A stretch of 64,000 bases of DNA, from positions 512,001 through 576,000 of the forward strand of contig CAVTRC010000001.1 in assembly GCA_963737065.1 (NCBI GenBank), written 5' to 3'. A program made the translations under genes and the position numbers. The notes beneath the pieces are model-generated. The model was not told the origin of the DNA, searched no databases, and saw only the letters and a program-made list of their open reading frames with translations. Positions 29,741 to 40,841 of this stretch are shown here, in pieces. Each line of letters starts with the position of its first letter. Positions within the stretch are counted from its first letter, which is position 1. This stretch comes from Candidatus Eremiobacteria bacterium (GTDB taxonomy: Bacteria > Vulcanimicrobiota > Vulcanimicrobiia > Vulcanimicrobiales > Vulcanimicrobiaceae).

Positions 29741-32700
29741 CTACGGCGTCATCGGCTTGGGCATTGGTATGTCATCGTAACCGCCCGATTTTAGTTTCGC
29801 GTTGAGCGCCGGAAGCGTTGTCAAGTAGTCATTGAACGCTTTGGCGTCTTGCGCGAACTCGGCGAACGTCCGATTCTGCACATCGGTTGCGGCGGGCGTC
29901 ACGATGCCGGTTCCCGCGATTTGCTGCAGGTCTTCGCGAACCTTGCCCGGACGTTGAATGAAATCTTCGAATCCCTGGTAGTTTGCGGTTAATTGATCTT
30001 GCACGATTCTGACGATTTTGCAGCGCGGTGTCGATCTCGGCCACCGTTGCCGAGTCATTCTTGGCTTCCGCGGACGCTCTGGCTTTATCGAGCGCGGATT
30101 TCACGCCATCGAGCGAGTTCAGTGAAACGTCGAGTGCCGAAAATTTCGCGTTTACCCGCATCGAGTAGTTGTACGATGCGACAAGTTGCGCTTGCGTGAA
30201 TTTCGTGTCCGGATCGGCTTTCACGACGAAGTGTCCGGTGAACGTTTTTCCGTCGACGGTCATGCGGTAAGCCGTATTTTCCCGGCGCAACGATCGCACT
30301 GGTATCCGGTCCTTTGAAGAACTTACCGGCGCCGTTCCACTTCACGGGACCATCGGCACCGAAGTTCCACGTGTACGTTTGCAGCCCGGCATCATTCGAA
30401 ATCGCCGGCTGCGCTTTGGCATCCGGCGCCGGCGGCGGTCCGAAAAGCGGCGGCTCTTTCATGCCTTGTATCGTGCGGATCACCCGATTGCGATCGTCGA
30501 GAATTTGCAGCGCGGCGGTTTCGTACCCGGCTTGGTCTGATAGTAATAGAACGTCGCCCCGTACTCGGGGTTTTGGCCGGCGTAATCGGTGTAGATGCCC
30601 TCATCGTCACCGTGCATGTTGTAGAGGTATGCCGTTCGCGGAGAGACGACGAACGGTTGATCGGGTTTCGAGCATCCCATCATTTGTAGCGGACGCAAGT
30701 CGTCCATTACATAGAGTGCCGGCCGTGCGTCGCGACGACCATGTCGTCCCATTGTGGTTGATACCGAATGTCGCGCACGGAAACCGTCGGCAGATCGTTC
30801 TTGAAATCGTGCCAGCTGCCGCCGTTGTCGCACGAGATATAGAGTCCGGTCTCGGTCCCGCATACACGATGTTCGGATTATGCATGTCCTGACGAACCGA
30901 ACGCGCGTACCATGCGTCGCTCGGCATGTGCGTTCCGATTTGCGTCCAGGTCTTTCCGAAATCGTTCGAGAACGAGCAGATACGGTTTATAGTCGCCGAG
31001 CAAATGCCGGTCGATGCTGACATACACCGTGCCATCGTGAATCGTCGACGGCGCAACCGTTTCCACGGCGCCGTGGTCCGGCACGCTCTTCGGTGTGACG
31101 TTGTGCCAGTGTTTTCCGCCGTCGACGGTGTATTGCACTTGCCCGTCATCCGTACCGGCCCAAATCTCGCCTTTCGTGCAGCGACGAGCCTTCGATATCG
31201 AGGACGGTGTTGTAGTTTTCAGCACTTGAAACGTCGTGCGTGATCGGTCCACCAGGCGGCGCCTGATGAACCTTTTCGTTGAGCGTGAGATCGGGACTGA
31301 TCCGCGTCCAGTGGATTCCGTGGTCGGTACTTTGGAAAATGACGTTGCCGCCGACCCACGCAACGTGTCCGTCCCATGGCGCGAACGCGATCGGCGAATC
31401 CCAATTGAACCGATACTTTGCTTTGCGCAAATCGAACTGTTGACCGGTGAGCGCGGTATACGGCTGTGCTCCTAATCCGTCGCGCGTTGCCTTGTTGTAG
31501 ACGATTACCGACGCGCCTTGCGAGTCGGACCACATGATGTTCGTGTTCAGCGGATCGGGGACGGCCCACTCGCCATCGCCGCCGTTTACGTTGATCCAGT
31601 CTTTGTTCAGTACGCCGGATGGATCGGTCGACTGTGACGGACCGCACCACGCATTGTTGTCTTGCCATCCGCCGCATACCCAATACGGATTGCCGGTCAT
31701 GGCTACGCCGACGTGATACACTTCGCCAACGGGAAGATTGCGCGAGAAATACCACGTCATGCCCCCGTTGAGCGACTGCGTCACCCCGCCGTCTTGCGCG
31801 ACGGCCATTCGCTTGGGATCGTTCGGCGCGATCCACAGATCGTGGACGTCGCCATGCGGAAGGCTGAAAACCGGACGCCACGTCTTTCCGCCGTCGTGCG
31901 AGGCGACGAGCAGCATCGAAACACCGAAGACGTGATTCGGATCGGTCGGATCGACGGTGATATGCGAGAAATAAAACGGACGCTGGTCTACCATCGTCTC
32001 GTTGCTGACCATCGTCCAATTGTTGCCGCCGTCGTCGGAACGCCAGAGAATGCCCTTGTTCGATTCGATGAGCGCGTAGACGCGGTTCGGATCGCTCGGC
32101 GCGATTGCCAGACCGATGCGCCCGGTCGTTCCATCCGGCAGACCATGTCCGGTCAAGCGTGCCCAGGTTTTCCCGCCGTCCGTCGATTTGTAGAGGCCGT
32201 CGTCTTCACCACCGCTGACCGTCGTCCACGGTTTGCGTTCGAAGTGCCACATGCCGGCAAAAATAACGCTCGGGTTCTTGGCATTCATCGCAACGTCCGA
32301 CGCGCCGCTGCGATCGCTCACATACAGCGTCTTCGTCCACGTTTTTCCGCCGTCATCGGTGACGAAGACGCCGCGATCCGCGCTCGCTGCAAAAACGTCG
32401 CCGAGCGCTGCCACGATCACGTGGTTCGAGTCGCGCGGATCGATCAGCACGCGCGTAATCGAACGCGTCTTCTCGAGGCCCATCAGTTTCCACGTTTTGC
32501 CACCGTCCGTCGACTTGTAGATGCCCGCACCCGGAATAACGTCGTTGCGCGGATTGCCCTCGCCCGTTGCGACCCAAACCGTTTGGTCGTTGTTCGGATC
32601 GATTGCAACGTCACCGATTGACGCGACCGGTTCCTTATCGAAGACCGGCTGCCATGTGATGCCGGCATCCGTCGTCTTCCACACGCCTCCGCCGGCGGCG

Positions 32701-32900
32701 CCGACATAATAGAGGTTCGGATTCTTGGCGCTCCCCGCGACGTTCGCCGTGCGCCCGCCGGGTAATGCCGGTCCGATTTCGCGCCAGTGCATGTCTTGGT
32801 ACACCGGCTTTGCCGTCGGCGCCGGCGACGGCGAAGCCGACGGCGATGCAGAAGGCGATGGCGCAACGGCTAGCGCCACCGCAAAGAGAACAGGAATCAA
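29741..32900 (-). pseudogene. Second VPS10/BNR repeat hydrolase, 3' part broken by about 7 single-base indels (assembly error or recent decay)
   Basis: WREIGPALPGGR and Asp boxes. Homology to 26397-29510 continues across track ORFs 31146, 30878, 30607, 30480, 30085, 29829 and 29741. Confidence 0.8.
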
Positions 32901-32976
32901 CGACGTTCCTCCGAGATAGGGGATTGCGCTGCGCGCGCAAACCCGGCAGCAAATTCATTCAACTATAGGACAGCCG

Positions 32977-34486
32977 GTGTCAAAAAATCTTCAGAGCCAC
33001 TGGAGTAGACGCGTCTCCGTCGATGTGTGGGCGCTGTCCATAGCGATAATTCTTGCGGTAGGTTTTATATTGCGCGCCTGGCGCCTCGCGTCGATGCCGC
33101 CCGCCGTTCATCCTGATGAAATGGCCGGACTCGTCGGCGTGCTCGACGAGCTGCAGCACCGGGCGCCGCTTCGTCCGTTCTTCGACTATCGCATCTTCTA
33201 TCTGCCGCTCTACGGCATCAGCGAATACCTCTCGTCGCGCTTCCTTGGATACAATGCCGCGGCGTACCGCTTTCCGGCGGTGCTCTATGGGCTGGCCACC
33301 ATTGTGTGCACGATCGGGCTGACGTACCGCTTGACGAAAAACCGGCTCGCGGCGCTGTGCGCAGGAGCGGTTTCTGCAGTCCTTCCATGGGAGATCACCG
33401 TCTCGCGCATCGCTTGGGAGAACGCTTCGATGCTGCCCTTTCTGCTTGGCGGTCTGTGGGCGTTACGCGCCGGCATCGAAGATCGAAGTACGCTGCTGCT
33501 CGCCGTTGCGGGCGTACTGCTCGGCATTGATGCGTACTCGTACCGCGCCGCTCTACCCGACGCAGTGGTTCTCGCCGCCGTCCTCGTTGCAATTGACCTT
33601 CGGCGCACGGTCGCATGTATTCGGAAGCATGCTCATCGGTACGCTGATTTTTGCAGCGATCGTGGCGCCGCTCGTGATGAGCGTCATCAACGACCCGGCG
33701 TTTTTTTGGCGCGACTACTATATTTCTACATTCAAAGACGGCATCACGGTGGGATCGCTCGCACGCTTCATGCAGAACTATCTCGCGCACTTCGAAGCCG
33801 GACCGCTGTTTTTCCATGGTGACGGCAACCCGCAGCACGGCCCGGCTTTCGGCGTTCTCTATCTTTGGATGCTTCCGATGATGGCGATCGGCTTGATTGC
33901 CGCATTCGCACTCTACGGCAGCGGCGTAGGCGCGTTGTTCGTGGTGTGGCTGCTCCTCTATCCGCTCGGCGGTGCGATCACAAACGACGGCGTTCCGCAT
34001 TTTCTGCGAACGCTCGTGGGTGCGCCGCTAGCCGCAATATTGAGCGGAATCGGACTCGCGGTTGGGTGGGTCGCGATCGAGAGCATGCGGTACGCTCGCA
34101 TCGCGGCCGGTATTTTCGCGTTGCTGACCTTTGTTGCGCTCTCGCAATTCTGCCAGGCATACTTCATCGGTTACTTGCCCGCTGCGGCCGACGCGTATCA
34201 ATTCGAGAACCGCGAACTGTTTTTGTCGGTTCGCAGCCTTGCGAGGCGAGCGCAACGCATTTGCTTCCAGGGGCTCAACGACATGAATTCGCTGACGCTC
34301 TTCTCGTACTACCTGCGCGATGTACGGATTCCGATTCATGAACGGATGGATGCGGCGTGCTTCCAGCCCGGAACAGTCGTCGTTATTCACTCCGCCGACG
34401 CCGCTCCGCCGAAATCGCGCCTGGTAGCGACGGTTCAGGGTTTCAATGGAAGTCCGCGTTATTTGATTTTCCTCACGAAGCCGTGA
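32977..34486 (+). CDS. ArnT/PMT-like (GT-C) membrane glycosyltransferase, frameshift near 33617
   Basis: First TM followed by HPDE, AAAYRFPAVL, SRIAWE. Hydrophobic continuation in ORF 33446-34486. Confidence 0.7.
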
Positions 34487-34555
34487 AGGCAACGAGGCTC
34501 TTGCGGCTAGCAAGCGTAACTCTTACACGAGGCTCCGTGCAACGAGGAGGCAATC

Positions 34556-34816
34556 GTGAACCGTAAGGACGCCCTTGGAAAACTCGTCGTTCTTCCCGCG
34601 CTCGCGGGAATGATCGCGACGATGACGTCCGTCGCACAAGCGAAGGGATCCAAGTCGCAATTCAAATATCAGGACAAGCCGAACGGCAATCAGAAGTGCT
34701 CGGAATGTTCGTTGTTCGTGTCCGCCAAATCAGGCTCGGACGCCGCCTCGTGCAAAGTCGTGGAGGGTGATATCAGCCCGAGCGGCTGGTGCACCGCATA
34801 TTCGCCGAAAGCGTAA
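34556..34816 (+). CDS. High-potential iron-sulfur protein (HiPIP/Iro-like)
   Basis: YQDKP...CSEC...C...ISPSGWC. Tat-like leader. GAGGAGG RBS. Confidence 0.9.
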   Translation: MNRKDALGKLVVLPALAGMIATMTSVAQAKGSKSQFKYQDKPNGNQKCSECSLFVSAKSGSDAASCKVVEGDISPSGWCTAYSPKA

Positions 34817-34831
34817 CGCGGAGAACGTACG

Positions 34832-35878
34832 GTGGCTCGCATTGCCGGCGTCGCAACCGCCGTTCCGCCGTACGTCTTGGAACAAGAAGACATCAGCGCG
34901 CGCCTCCGCGCGCAATTCAGCGAATCGGCTGTCGTCTCGCGATTGTTGCCCGTCTTCGGAAATACCGGTATAGAGCGCCGGTATTCGTGCGTTCCGGTCG
35001 AATGGTACTACGACCCGCACGGATGGAACGACCGTAACGAAATCTATCTCGACTTCGCGCAACGCCTCTTAGAAGACGCGGCGCGAACGGCACTCGTTCG
35101 TGCGGAGCGTACGGTTGAAGACGTCGATGCGATCGTCGTCGTATCGACAACGGGAATCGCAACGCCGAGCTTGGATGCGCTGCTCATGAATCGCATGCCC
35201 TTCAAACGAACGGTACGCCGTCTCCCGATCTTTGGACTCGGATGCGTGGGCGGCGCGGTCGGGATTGCGCAGGCCGCTACGCTTGCCGACGCTCGCCCCG
35301 GTTCCACCGTGCTGCTTCTCGACGTCGAACTTTGCGCGCTCTGGTTCCGGCGCGACGAGTTGACGAAAAGCAACATCGTCGCAACCGCGCTGTTCGGTGA
35401 CGGCGCCGCCGCCGCGGTTTTTACAAGTGACGGGGCCGGCCCGTGTGTAAGCGCAAGCGGTGAGTATACATTTGAGTCGACGCTCGACATCATGGGCTGG
35501 GACGTCGCCGAGGATGGCCTTTCCGCCGTCTTCTCGCGCGATATTCCGCGCCTCGTTGAATCGGAACTGCAGGCCGTCATCGACGCGTATCTCTCGGAAT
35601 CGGGGCTGACACGCGACGACATCGATCATTTTCTTTCGCATCCCGGCGGAACGAAAGTCCTCGACGCACTCGAACATGCCTTCGGTAGACACAACGGGGC
35701 GCTCGCAGATTCGCGTGATGTGCTTGCGCGCTACGGGAACATGTCGTCCGTTACGTTGCTCTTCGTCCTCGAGCGCGCGCTTGCGAACGGCGCGTTGGCA
35801 TCGAACGGTTGGCGGCGCGCGTTACTTACCGCAATGGGTCCGGGATTCACGGCTGCATTCGTAACACTCGAGCCGTGA
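34832..35878 (+). CDS. Type III polyketide synthase (BpsA/SrsA-like)
   Basis: GLGCVGG (Cys), HPGG (His), YGNMSS (Asn), ALFGDGAAA, MGPGF. Confidence 0.92.
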   Translation: MARIAGVATAVPPYVLEQEDISARLRAQFSESAVVSRLLPVFGNTGIERRYSCVPVEWYYDPHGWNDRNEIYLDFAQRLLEDAARTALVRAERTVEDVDAIVVVSTTGIATPSLDALLMNRMPFKRTVRRLPIFGLGCVGGAVGIAQAATLADARPGSTVLLLDVELCALWFRRDELTKSNIVATALFGDGAAAAVFTSDGAGPCVSASGEYTFESTLDIMGWDVAEDGLSAVFSRDIPRLVESELQAVIDAYLSESGLTRDDIDHFLSHPGGTKVLDALEHAFGRHNGALADSRDVLARYGNMSSVTLLFVLERALANGALASNGWRRALLTAMGPGFTAAFVTLEP

Positions 35879-36369
35879 GCGCGCTGTACGTCATCATTGC
35901 CTTCGTTGCCGTACAACGCGTAGCCGAGCTCATCTACGCGGAACGCAATACCCGCACGTTACGCGCGAGAGGAGCGTTCGAAGTCGCGGCATGGCAGCAT
36001 CCGCTCTTCGTCGCGCTTCATGCATTGTGGCTGCTCTCGCTGCTTATTTTCGTTCCGCCGTATGCGATACCGGATTGGTGGCTCGTCGCGGCGTTCTTCG
36101 TGTTGCAAGTTGCGCGGCTTTGGGTGCTTGTGACGCTCGGGCCGTATTGGACGACACGCATCATTACGCTACCCGGTGCGCCGCTCGTCCGCGCCGGGCC
36201 GTATCGTTTCGTGAAGCATCCGAACTACGCGATCGTCGCATTTGAAATCGCGCTGCTGCCGCTCGCGTTCGGAGCATGGCGGATTGCGCTCGTTTTTACC
36301 ATGCTCAATGCGCTGCTGCTCGCGTCGCGCATTCGCATCGAGGAAAAGACGCTCGCCGTTCGCCGGTGA
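35875..36369 (+). CDS. Isoprenylcysteine carboxyl methyltransferase family (BpsB/SrsB-like)
   Basis: GTGA overlap with the PKS. QRVAEL, LGPYWTTRII, GPYRFVKHPNY, RIRIEE. Confidence 0.9.
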   Translation: MSALYVIIAFVAVQRVAELIYAERNTRTLRARGAFEVAAWQHPLFVALHALWLLSLLIFVPPYAIPDWWLVAAFFVLQVARLWVLVTLGPYWTTRIITLPGAPLVRAGPYRFVKHPNYAIVAFEIALLPLAFGAWRIALVFTMLNALLLASRIRIEEKTLAVRR

Positions 36370-36442
36370 CCAGCAGAATTTGAAGGGAACGCAATACGTG
36401 TATACAGTTCGATGGCAGAACCGGCGGGATGGAGCGGTGACG

Positions 36443-38422
36443 ATGCGAGTTCGTGCGTTGTTCGTTTGGTGCGCGATACTGGTCGCGATCACGGCCGGTG
36501 CGGCGACGGCGCGACCCTGGACGCTGCGTGAAGCAATGTCTCCGGCGTTCATCAATGAGATCCAACTATCGCCCGACGGAGCGCTCGCCGTTATCGGCGT
36601 AGGACGCGTGAACTTCAAAGCGGACAGTTTTGACACGGGTTATGAACTCGTCGATATCGCGACCGGAACGATGCACCATCTCTCGTCGGAGCTGACGCAC
36701 CCGCGCTGGTCACCTGATTCGAAACGTATTGCATGGAGCGCTCAAGATGCGAAAGGAAACGCGTCGATCGTCGTTACGGACTCGCGCGGTCACGTTGAGC
36801 GCAGGTATGGGCAAGCAACTCGTAACGTCATCGGCTTCGCCTGGTCGCCGAACGGCGAGCACATTGCGGCAATCGAGACAAACGGAAAAACGATGACCGT
36901 TGCGCGCTTCCATTGGCTCGACTTAGAGAACGATTACCGCGACACGCGTCCGGCGCAACGCGATGTTTGGATCGTTGACGCCGCTACCGGCACGACCCGC
37001 CGCCTCACCGACGACGGATGGTCGTACGGCGGTCCGGAGACGGATCACGATCCGTCATGGTCCGCTAATTCAAAGCAGTTGGTCGTCGTACGTCAACCGA
37101 CGCCGGTCTATGGTGATTTCGAGCATGCGCAATACGTTGTGCTTAGCACGTCGACTGCAGATCCGAAGCCCGTCGTCGGTCACCCATTCTTCGCCTATCC
37201 CGGCAGCGCCGCACCGGCATTTGCTCCGTCGGGCACGGAGATTGCCTACACGCACTCCTGGGATGGGAAATTGCCGTCGCGAGAGGACGTCTTCGTCAAT
37301 GGGCACGATGTCAGCGGTGCGCTCGATCGCGATCTGTGGTCGTGCTCGGCCGGTTCGATGACGTGGTCGCCGGGCGGGTTGATCGTCGATCTGCTCGACG
37401 GCGTCTCGATGCGCCTGTATCGGCTGGATCCCTCGGGGCTCGCCCTGCCCGAACCGTTGACGAGCGATGATGGATCGGCGGAGGGGTTTTCTATTTCGAA
37501 GAGCGGTCGCATTGCATACGTCTGGACGACGCCGACGCGGCCGGCCGAACTCTACGTGCGCGATCCGGACGGTAAGACGCGCGAAGTGACGCACCTCGTT
37601 ACGCTGTCACCCGATGTTCCGCTTGCGCAGACGCGTGTGTTCACTTGGAGTGACGGCAGCGGTCACGAGTTGCACGGTCAACTGACATTACCGGACAACG
37701 GCGAAGCGACACGCACCGCACCGGTCGTCGTCGAACCGCACGGCGGTCCGCAGTGCGCCGACGACTTCTCGTTCAACGGTTTCGCGCAGTATCTCGCGAG
37801 CAACGGATACGTCTATTTCCGTCCCGATCCGCCGGGCAGCGACGGATACGGCGATTGGTCGTACAAAGCCATCGTTCGAGACTGGGGCGACGTGCCGATG
37901 GCGGCCGATATGCGAGGCGTCGATGCATTGGCTGCGTCGAACATCGGTGATCCGGCGCGTACGTTTATTGAAGGCGGTTCGTATGGCGGGTATCTGACGT
38001 CATGGATCGTTACGCACAGCACGCGATTCCGCGCGGCAGTTGCTCAAGTTCCGGTGACCGATCTTCTGCAAGATTATACGCTTTCGGAAAGTCCAAACAT
38101 CACGCGAAGGTTTTTCGGTGATAAACCCGCTGCAAATCAAGCGTTGCTGATCGCGCAGTCGCCGCTGACGTTTGCATCGCAAGAGAAAACGCCGCTTCTG
38201 ATTATCGCCGGACTGGCGGATACGCGGGCGCCCTACACGCAGGCAATCGAATTCTACAAAACGCTCGCGGAGGACGGAGCACCGGTGCGCATGATCGCCG
38301 ACGCGAAGGCGGGCCACGGACCCGACGATCCGCAGGGTGTCATCGACTGGTTCGGAGCGACAATGGCGTGGCTCGGACAGCACGGCGGAATCGTGATCCC
38401 CGACGCGACGCTGCCGAAATAA
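36443..38422 (+). CDS. S9 family (prolyl oligopeptidase/acylaminoacyl) peptidase, secreted
   Basis: PD40-like WSPD repeats, HGGP, GGSYGGY nucleophile, D and H (AGHG). Confidence 0.9.
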   Translation: MRVRALFVWCAILVAITAGAATARPWTLREAMSPAFINEIQLSPDGALAVIGVGRVNFKADSFDTGYELVDIATGTMHHLSSELTHPRWSPDSKRIAWSAQDAKGNASIVVTDSRGHVERRYGQATRNVIGFAWSPNGEHIAAIETNGKTMTVARFHWLDLENDYRDTRPAQRDVWIVDAATGTTRRLTDDGWSYGGPETDHDPSWSANSKQLVVVRQPTPVYGDFEHAQYVVLSTSTADPKPVVGHPFFAYPGSAAPAFAPSGTEIAYTHSWDGKLPSREDVFVNGHDVSGALDRDLWSCSAGSMTWSPGGLIVDLLDGVSMRLYRLDPSGLALPEPLTSDDGSAEGFSISKSGRIAYVWTTPTRPAELYVRDPDGKTREVTHLVTLSPDVPLAQTRVFTWSDGSGHELHGQLTLPDNGEATRTAPVVVEPHGGPQCADDFSFNGFAQYLASNGYVYFRPDPPGSDGYGDWSYKAIVRDWGDVPMAADMRGVDALAASNIGDPARTFIEGGSYGGYLTSWIVTHSTRFRAAVAQVPVTDLLQDYTLSESPNITRRFFGDKPAANQALLIAQSPLTFASQEKTPLLIIAGLADTRAPYTQAIEFYKTLAEDGAPVRMIADAKAGHGPDDPQGVIDWFGATMAWLGQHGGIVIPDATLPK

Positions 38423-38568
38423 ACGCGCCGCTTGGCATATTGAACCGGCAGGGAGACACGAGTGCGGCAGAGAGTCGAGCGCCGCTTTGTGTACCCATAC
38501 GACCTCATTGAGGCGCTGATCCCGGTATGTTGTACTCAATACGAGACGTTGTCTCCGGAGGAGGAAAC

Positions 38569-39645
38569 GTGCGACGACTGCCTGTTTTCCTGTGCGTTGC
38601 TCTCGGATTGTCCGCATGCGGAGGCGGAGCGGGCGGCACGACGTCGGGACTGCCTGCGACGGCATCGGGAGGCGGAACGCAAACGAACGGCGATGCGCCC
38701 ACGACGACCACGCCGGTTCCGGCGGCGTTCAACGTCGTCGATTTGGGCGTGCACGCAGCGCCCCTAGCGATCAATAACCGAAACAGCGTTGCCGGGCAGT
38801 TTTCTACGAACGCGTCGAGCGTCGCGTTCATCTATCGCAACGGCACGTTCACAAAGTTTCGCGCGGCTTTTTCCGCGGCCGTCGCAATCAACGACAGCGA
38901 TTTGGCCGTTGGCGGCAGCTATGCATTCATGCCGAACGGGACCGAGATTCCCCTTGGGACGACGAACTCCGCGCTTGTTTCCGAAGCATTCGGCGTTGAC
39001 GACTCCGGGCGTATCGCCGGCGTTTTGATCCAAGGCGGCGTAGCAGGCTGCAGCGGTGCTTTGACATTCTGGTCAACGAGCGGCGCGCCGTCCGAGATCG
39101 GAAACCAGACCGACACGCTCGTCGTAAGCCGCAACGGAAAGGTTGTACTCGACGGCTACCAGCAAACCGGAAACGGCTGCAACGGTATACTCTCGCCATA
39201 CTACTATCCCAGCGGAACGCCGGTCCCCATTCCACCCGGTCTGACGCTCGGTGTCGGTCCAGCGGTCAATCCCGGTGCGATAACGGGCGTCAACGACGCG
39301 GGTGACGTGGTCGGTTACGGTGAGATAACCGGCACGAATGACTTGGCGACGTTCTTGGCGCGCAACGGAAAAGCCATACAAATCAATGCGCCGGCCGGCT
39401 ACACGCAACTCCAAGGCGCCGCGATAAATGACGTAGACTGGATCGTCGGCACGGAATCCGGCACTACGTCGCACGCGTTTCTATGGAGCAACGGCACGAT
39501 CATCGACCTCAATACGAGGCTCACCGCTTCGTGCGCCGCGTGGACGCTAAACAGCGCGACAGGAATCAACGATGCCGGCTACATCGTTGGCCTTGGAACG
39601 TTAAACGGCAAAACACACGGCTACATGCTCGTGCCGTCGCAGTGA
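38569..39645 (+). CDS. Lipoprotein with HAF-type extracellular repeats
   Basis: LSAC lipobox. AIND.G.IVG / HAFLWSNGTIIDL repeats. GGAGG RBS. Confidence 0.8.
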   Translation: MRRLPVFLCVALGLSACGGGAGGTTSGLPATASGGGTQTNGDAPTTTTPVPAAFNVVDLGVHAAPLAINNRNSVAGQFSTNASSVAFIYRNGTFTKFRAAFSAAVAINDSDLAVGGSYAFMPNGTEIPLGTTNSALVSEAFGVDDSGRIAGVLIQGGVAGCSGALTFWSTSGAPSEIGNQTDTLVVSRNGKVVLDGYQQTGNGCNGILSPYYYPSGTPVPIPPGLTLGVGPAVNPGAITGVNDAGDVVGYGEITGTNDLATFLARNGKAIQINAPAGYTQLQGAAINDVDWIVGTESGTTSHAFLWSNGTIIDLNTRLTASCAAWTLNSATGINDAGYIVGLGTLNGKTHGYMLVPSQ

Positions 39646-39653
39646 CGCGCCGG

Positions 39654-40841
39654 TTACGCGACTTCGAATAAGCCCGCGGCGCCCATGCCTCCGCCAACGC
39701 ACATCGTTACGACGACGTATTGCACGCCGCGGCGCTTGCCTTCGATCAAGGCGTGCATCGTCATCCGGGTGCCGCTCATACCGTAGGGGTGACCGATCGA
39801 AATTGCACCGCCGTCGACGTTGAAGCGATCGTTGGGTATGCCGAGCGCGTCGCGGCAATACACCGTTTGCACGGCGAATGCTTCATTGAGTTCCCAAAGC
39901 CCGACGTCGTCGGTCGTCAAGCCATGTTGTTTTAGCAGCTTCGCCACCGCGAAAACGGGACCGATGCCCATCTCACCCGGTTCGCATCCCGCAACGGCGA
40001 AGCCGCGGTAGATCCCTAGCGGTTGCAGGTTCCGCTGTTCCGCAAGCTTCGCATCCATCAGTACGACCGCAGCTGCACCGTCGGAGAGTTGCGATGAATT
40101 TCCGGCGGTGATCGATGTGTCTTTGATGCCCGGTACCGCGCCTTTGAGTTGCGCGAGCCCTTCCAGCGTCGTATCGGGGCGATTGCCTTCATCGTTCTTC
40201 AGGACCGTGTGCTCTTCGCGGACGACACCTGTTTCTTTGTCTTGCACGAACTTCCACGAGGGAAGTTCGACGATCTCCGCATCGAAGCGTCCCGCCTGCT
40301 GCGCGGCGGCCGTGCGCTGCTGACTCTGTAACGCGTACGCGTCTTGCGCTTCGCGGGTGACATCGTACTTCTTTGCGACATTATCCGCGGTGTAAAGCAT
40401 CGGCATGTAGACATCGGGCGTGTGTCGCAGCAGCCAATCTTCCGTGTAGTACTTCATGTTGAGATCGTTCTGCACCATCGAAATGGACTCGACGCCGCCG
40501 CCGACGACGATGTCGGCATTGTCGACGATGACGCGTTTTGCCGCAGATGCAATCGCGTCGAGACCCGATGCACAGTAGCGGCTCACCGTTTGTCCGGGCA
40601 CGCTGACCGGACACCCCGCACGCAGCGCCGCGGTGCGGCCGATGTTGTTGCCCGTTGCGCCCTCCGGCAAGCCGGCACCGATTACAACGTCTTCGACTTC
40701 CGCCGGATCGATGCCGGCGCGTTTTAGCGCTTCCGCAACGACATGGCCCGCCATCGTTGCGCCCGGCGTTTGATTGAACGCACCGCGGAACGCGCGACCG
40801 ATCGGCGTTCTCGCGGCGGAGACGACGACTGCTTCACGCAT
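39654..40841 (-). CDS. Acetyl-CoA C-acyltransferase (thiolase)
   Basis: [29 protein letters not shown]. Confidence 0.95.
   Translation of the reverse strand: MREAVVVSAARTPIGRAFRGAFNQTPGATMAGHVVAEALKRAGIDPAEVEDVVIGAGLPEGATGNNIGRTAALRAGCPVSVPGQTVSRYCASGLDAIASAAKRVIVDNADIVVGGGVESISMVQNDLNMKYYTEDWLLRHTPDVYMPMLYTADNVAKKYDVTREAQDAYALQSQQRTAAAQQAGRFDAEIVELPSWKFVQDKETGVVREEHTVLKNDEGNRPDTTLEGLAQLKGAVPGIKDTSITAGNSSQLSDGAAAVVLMDAKLAEQRNLQPLGIYRGFAVAGCEPGEMGIGPVFAVAKLLKQHGLTTDDVGLWELNEAFAVQTVYCRDALGIPNDRFNVDGGAISIGHPYGMSGTRMTMHALIEGKRRGVQYVVVTMCVGGGMGAAGLFEVA

Noticed and set aside
30000..33620. Programmed frameshifting or phase variation
   Set aside because: The indels are mixed +1/-1, not at slippery or long homopolymer sites, and are clustered, which fits sequencing error.
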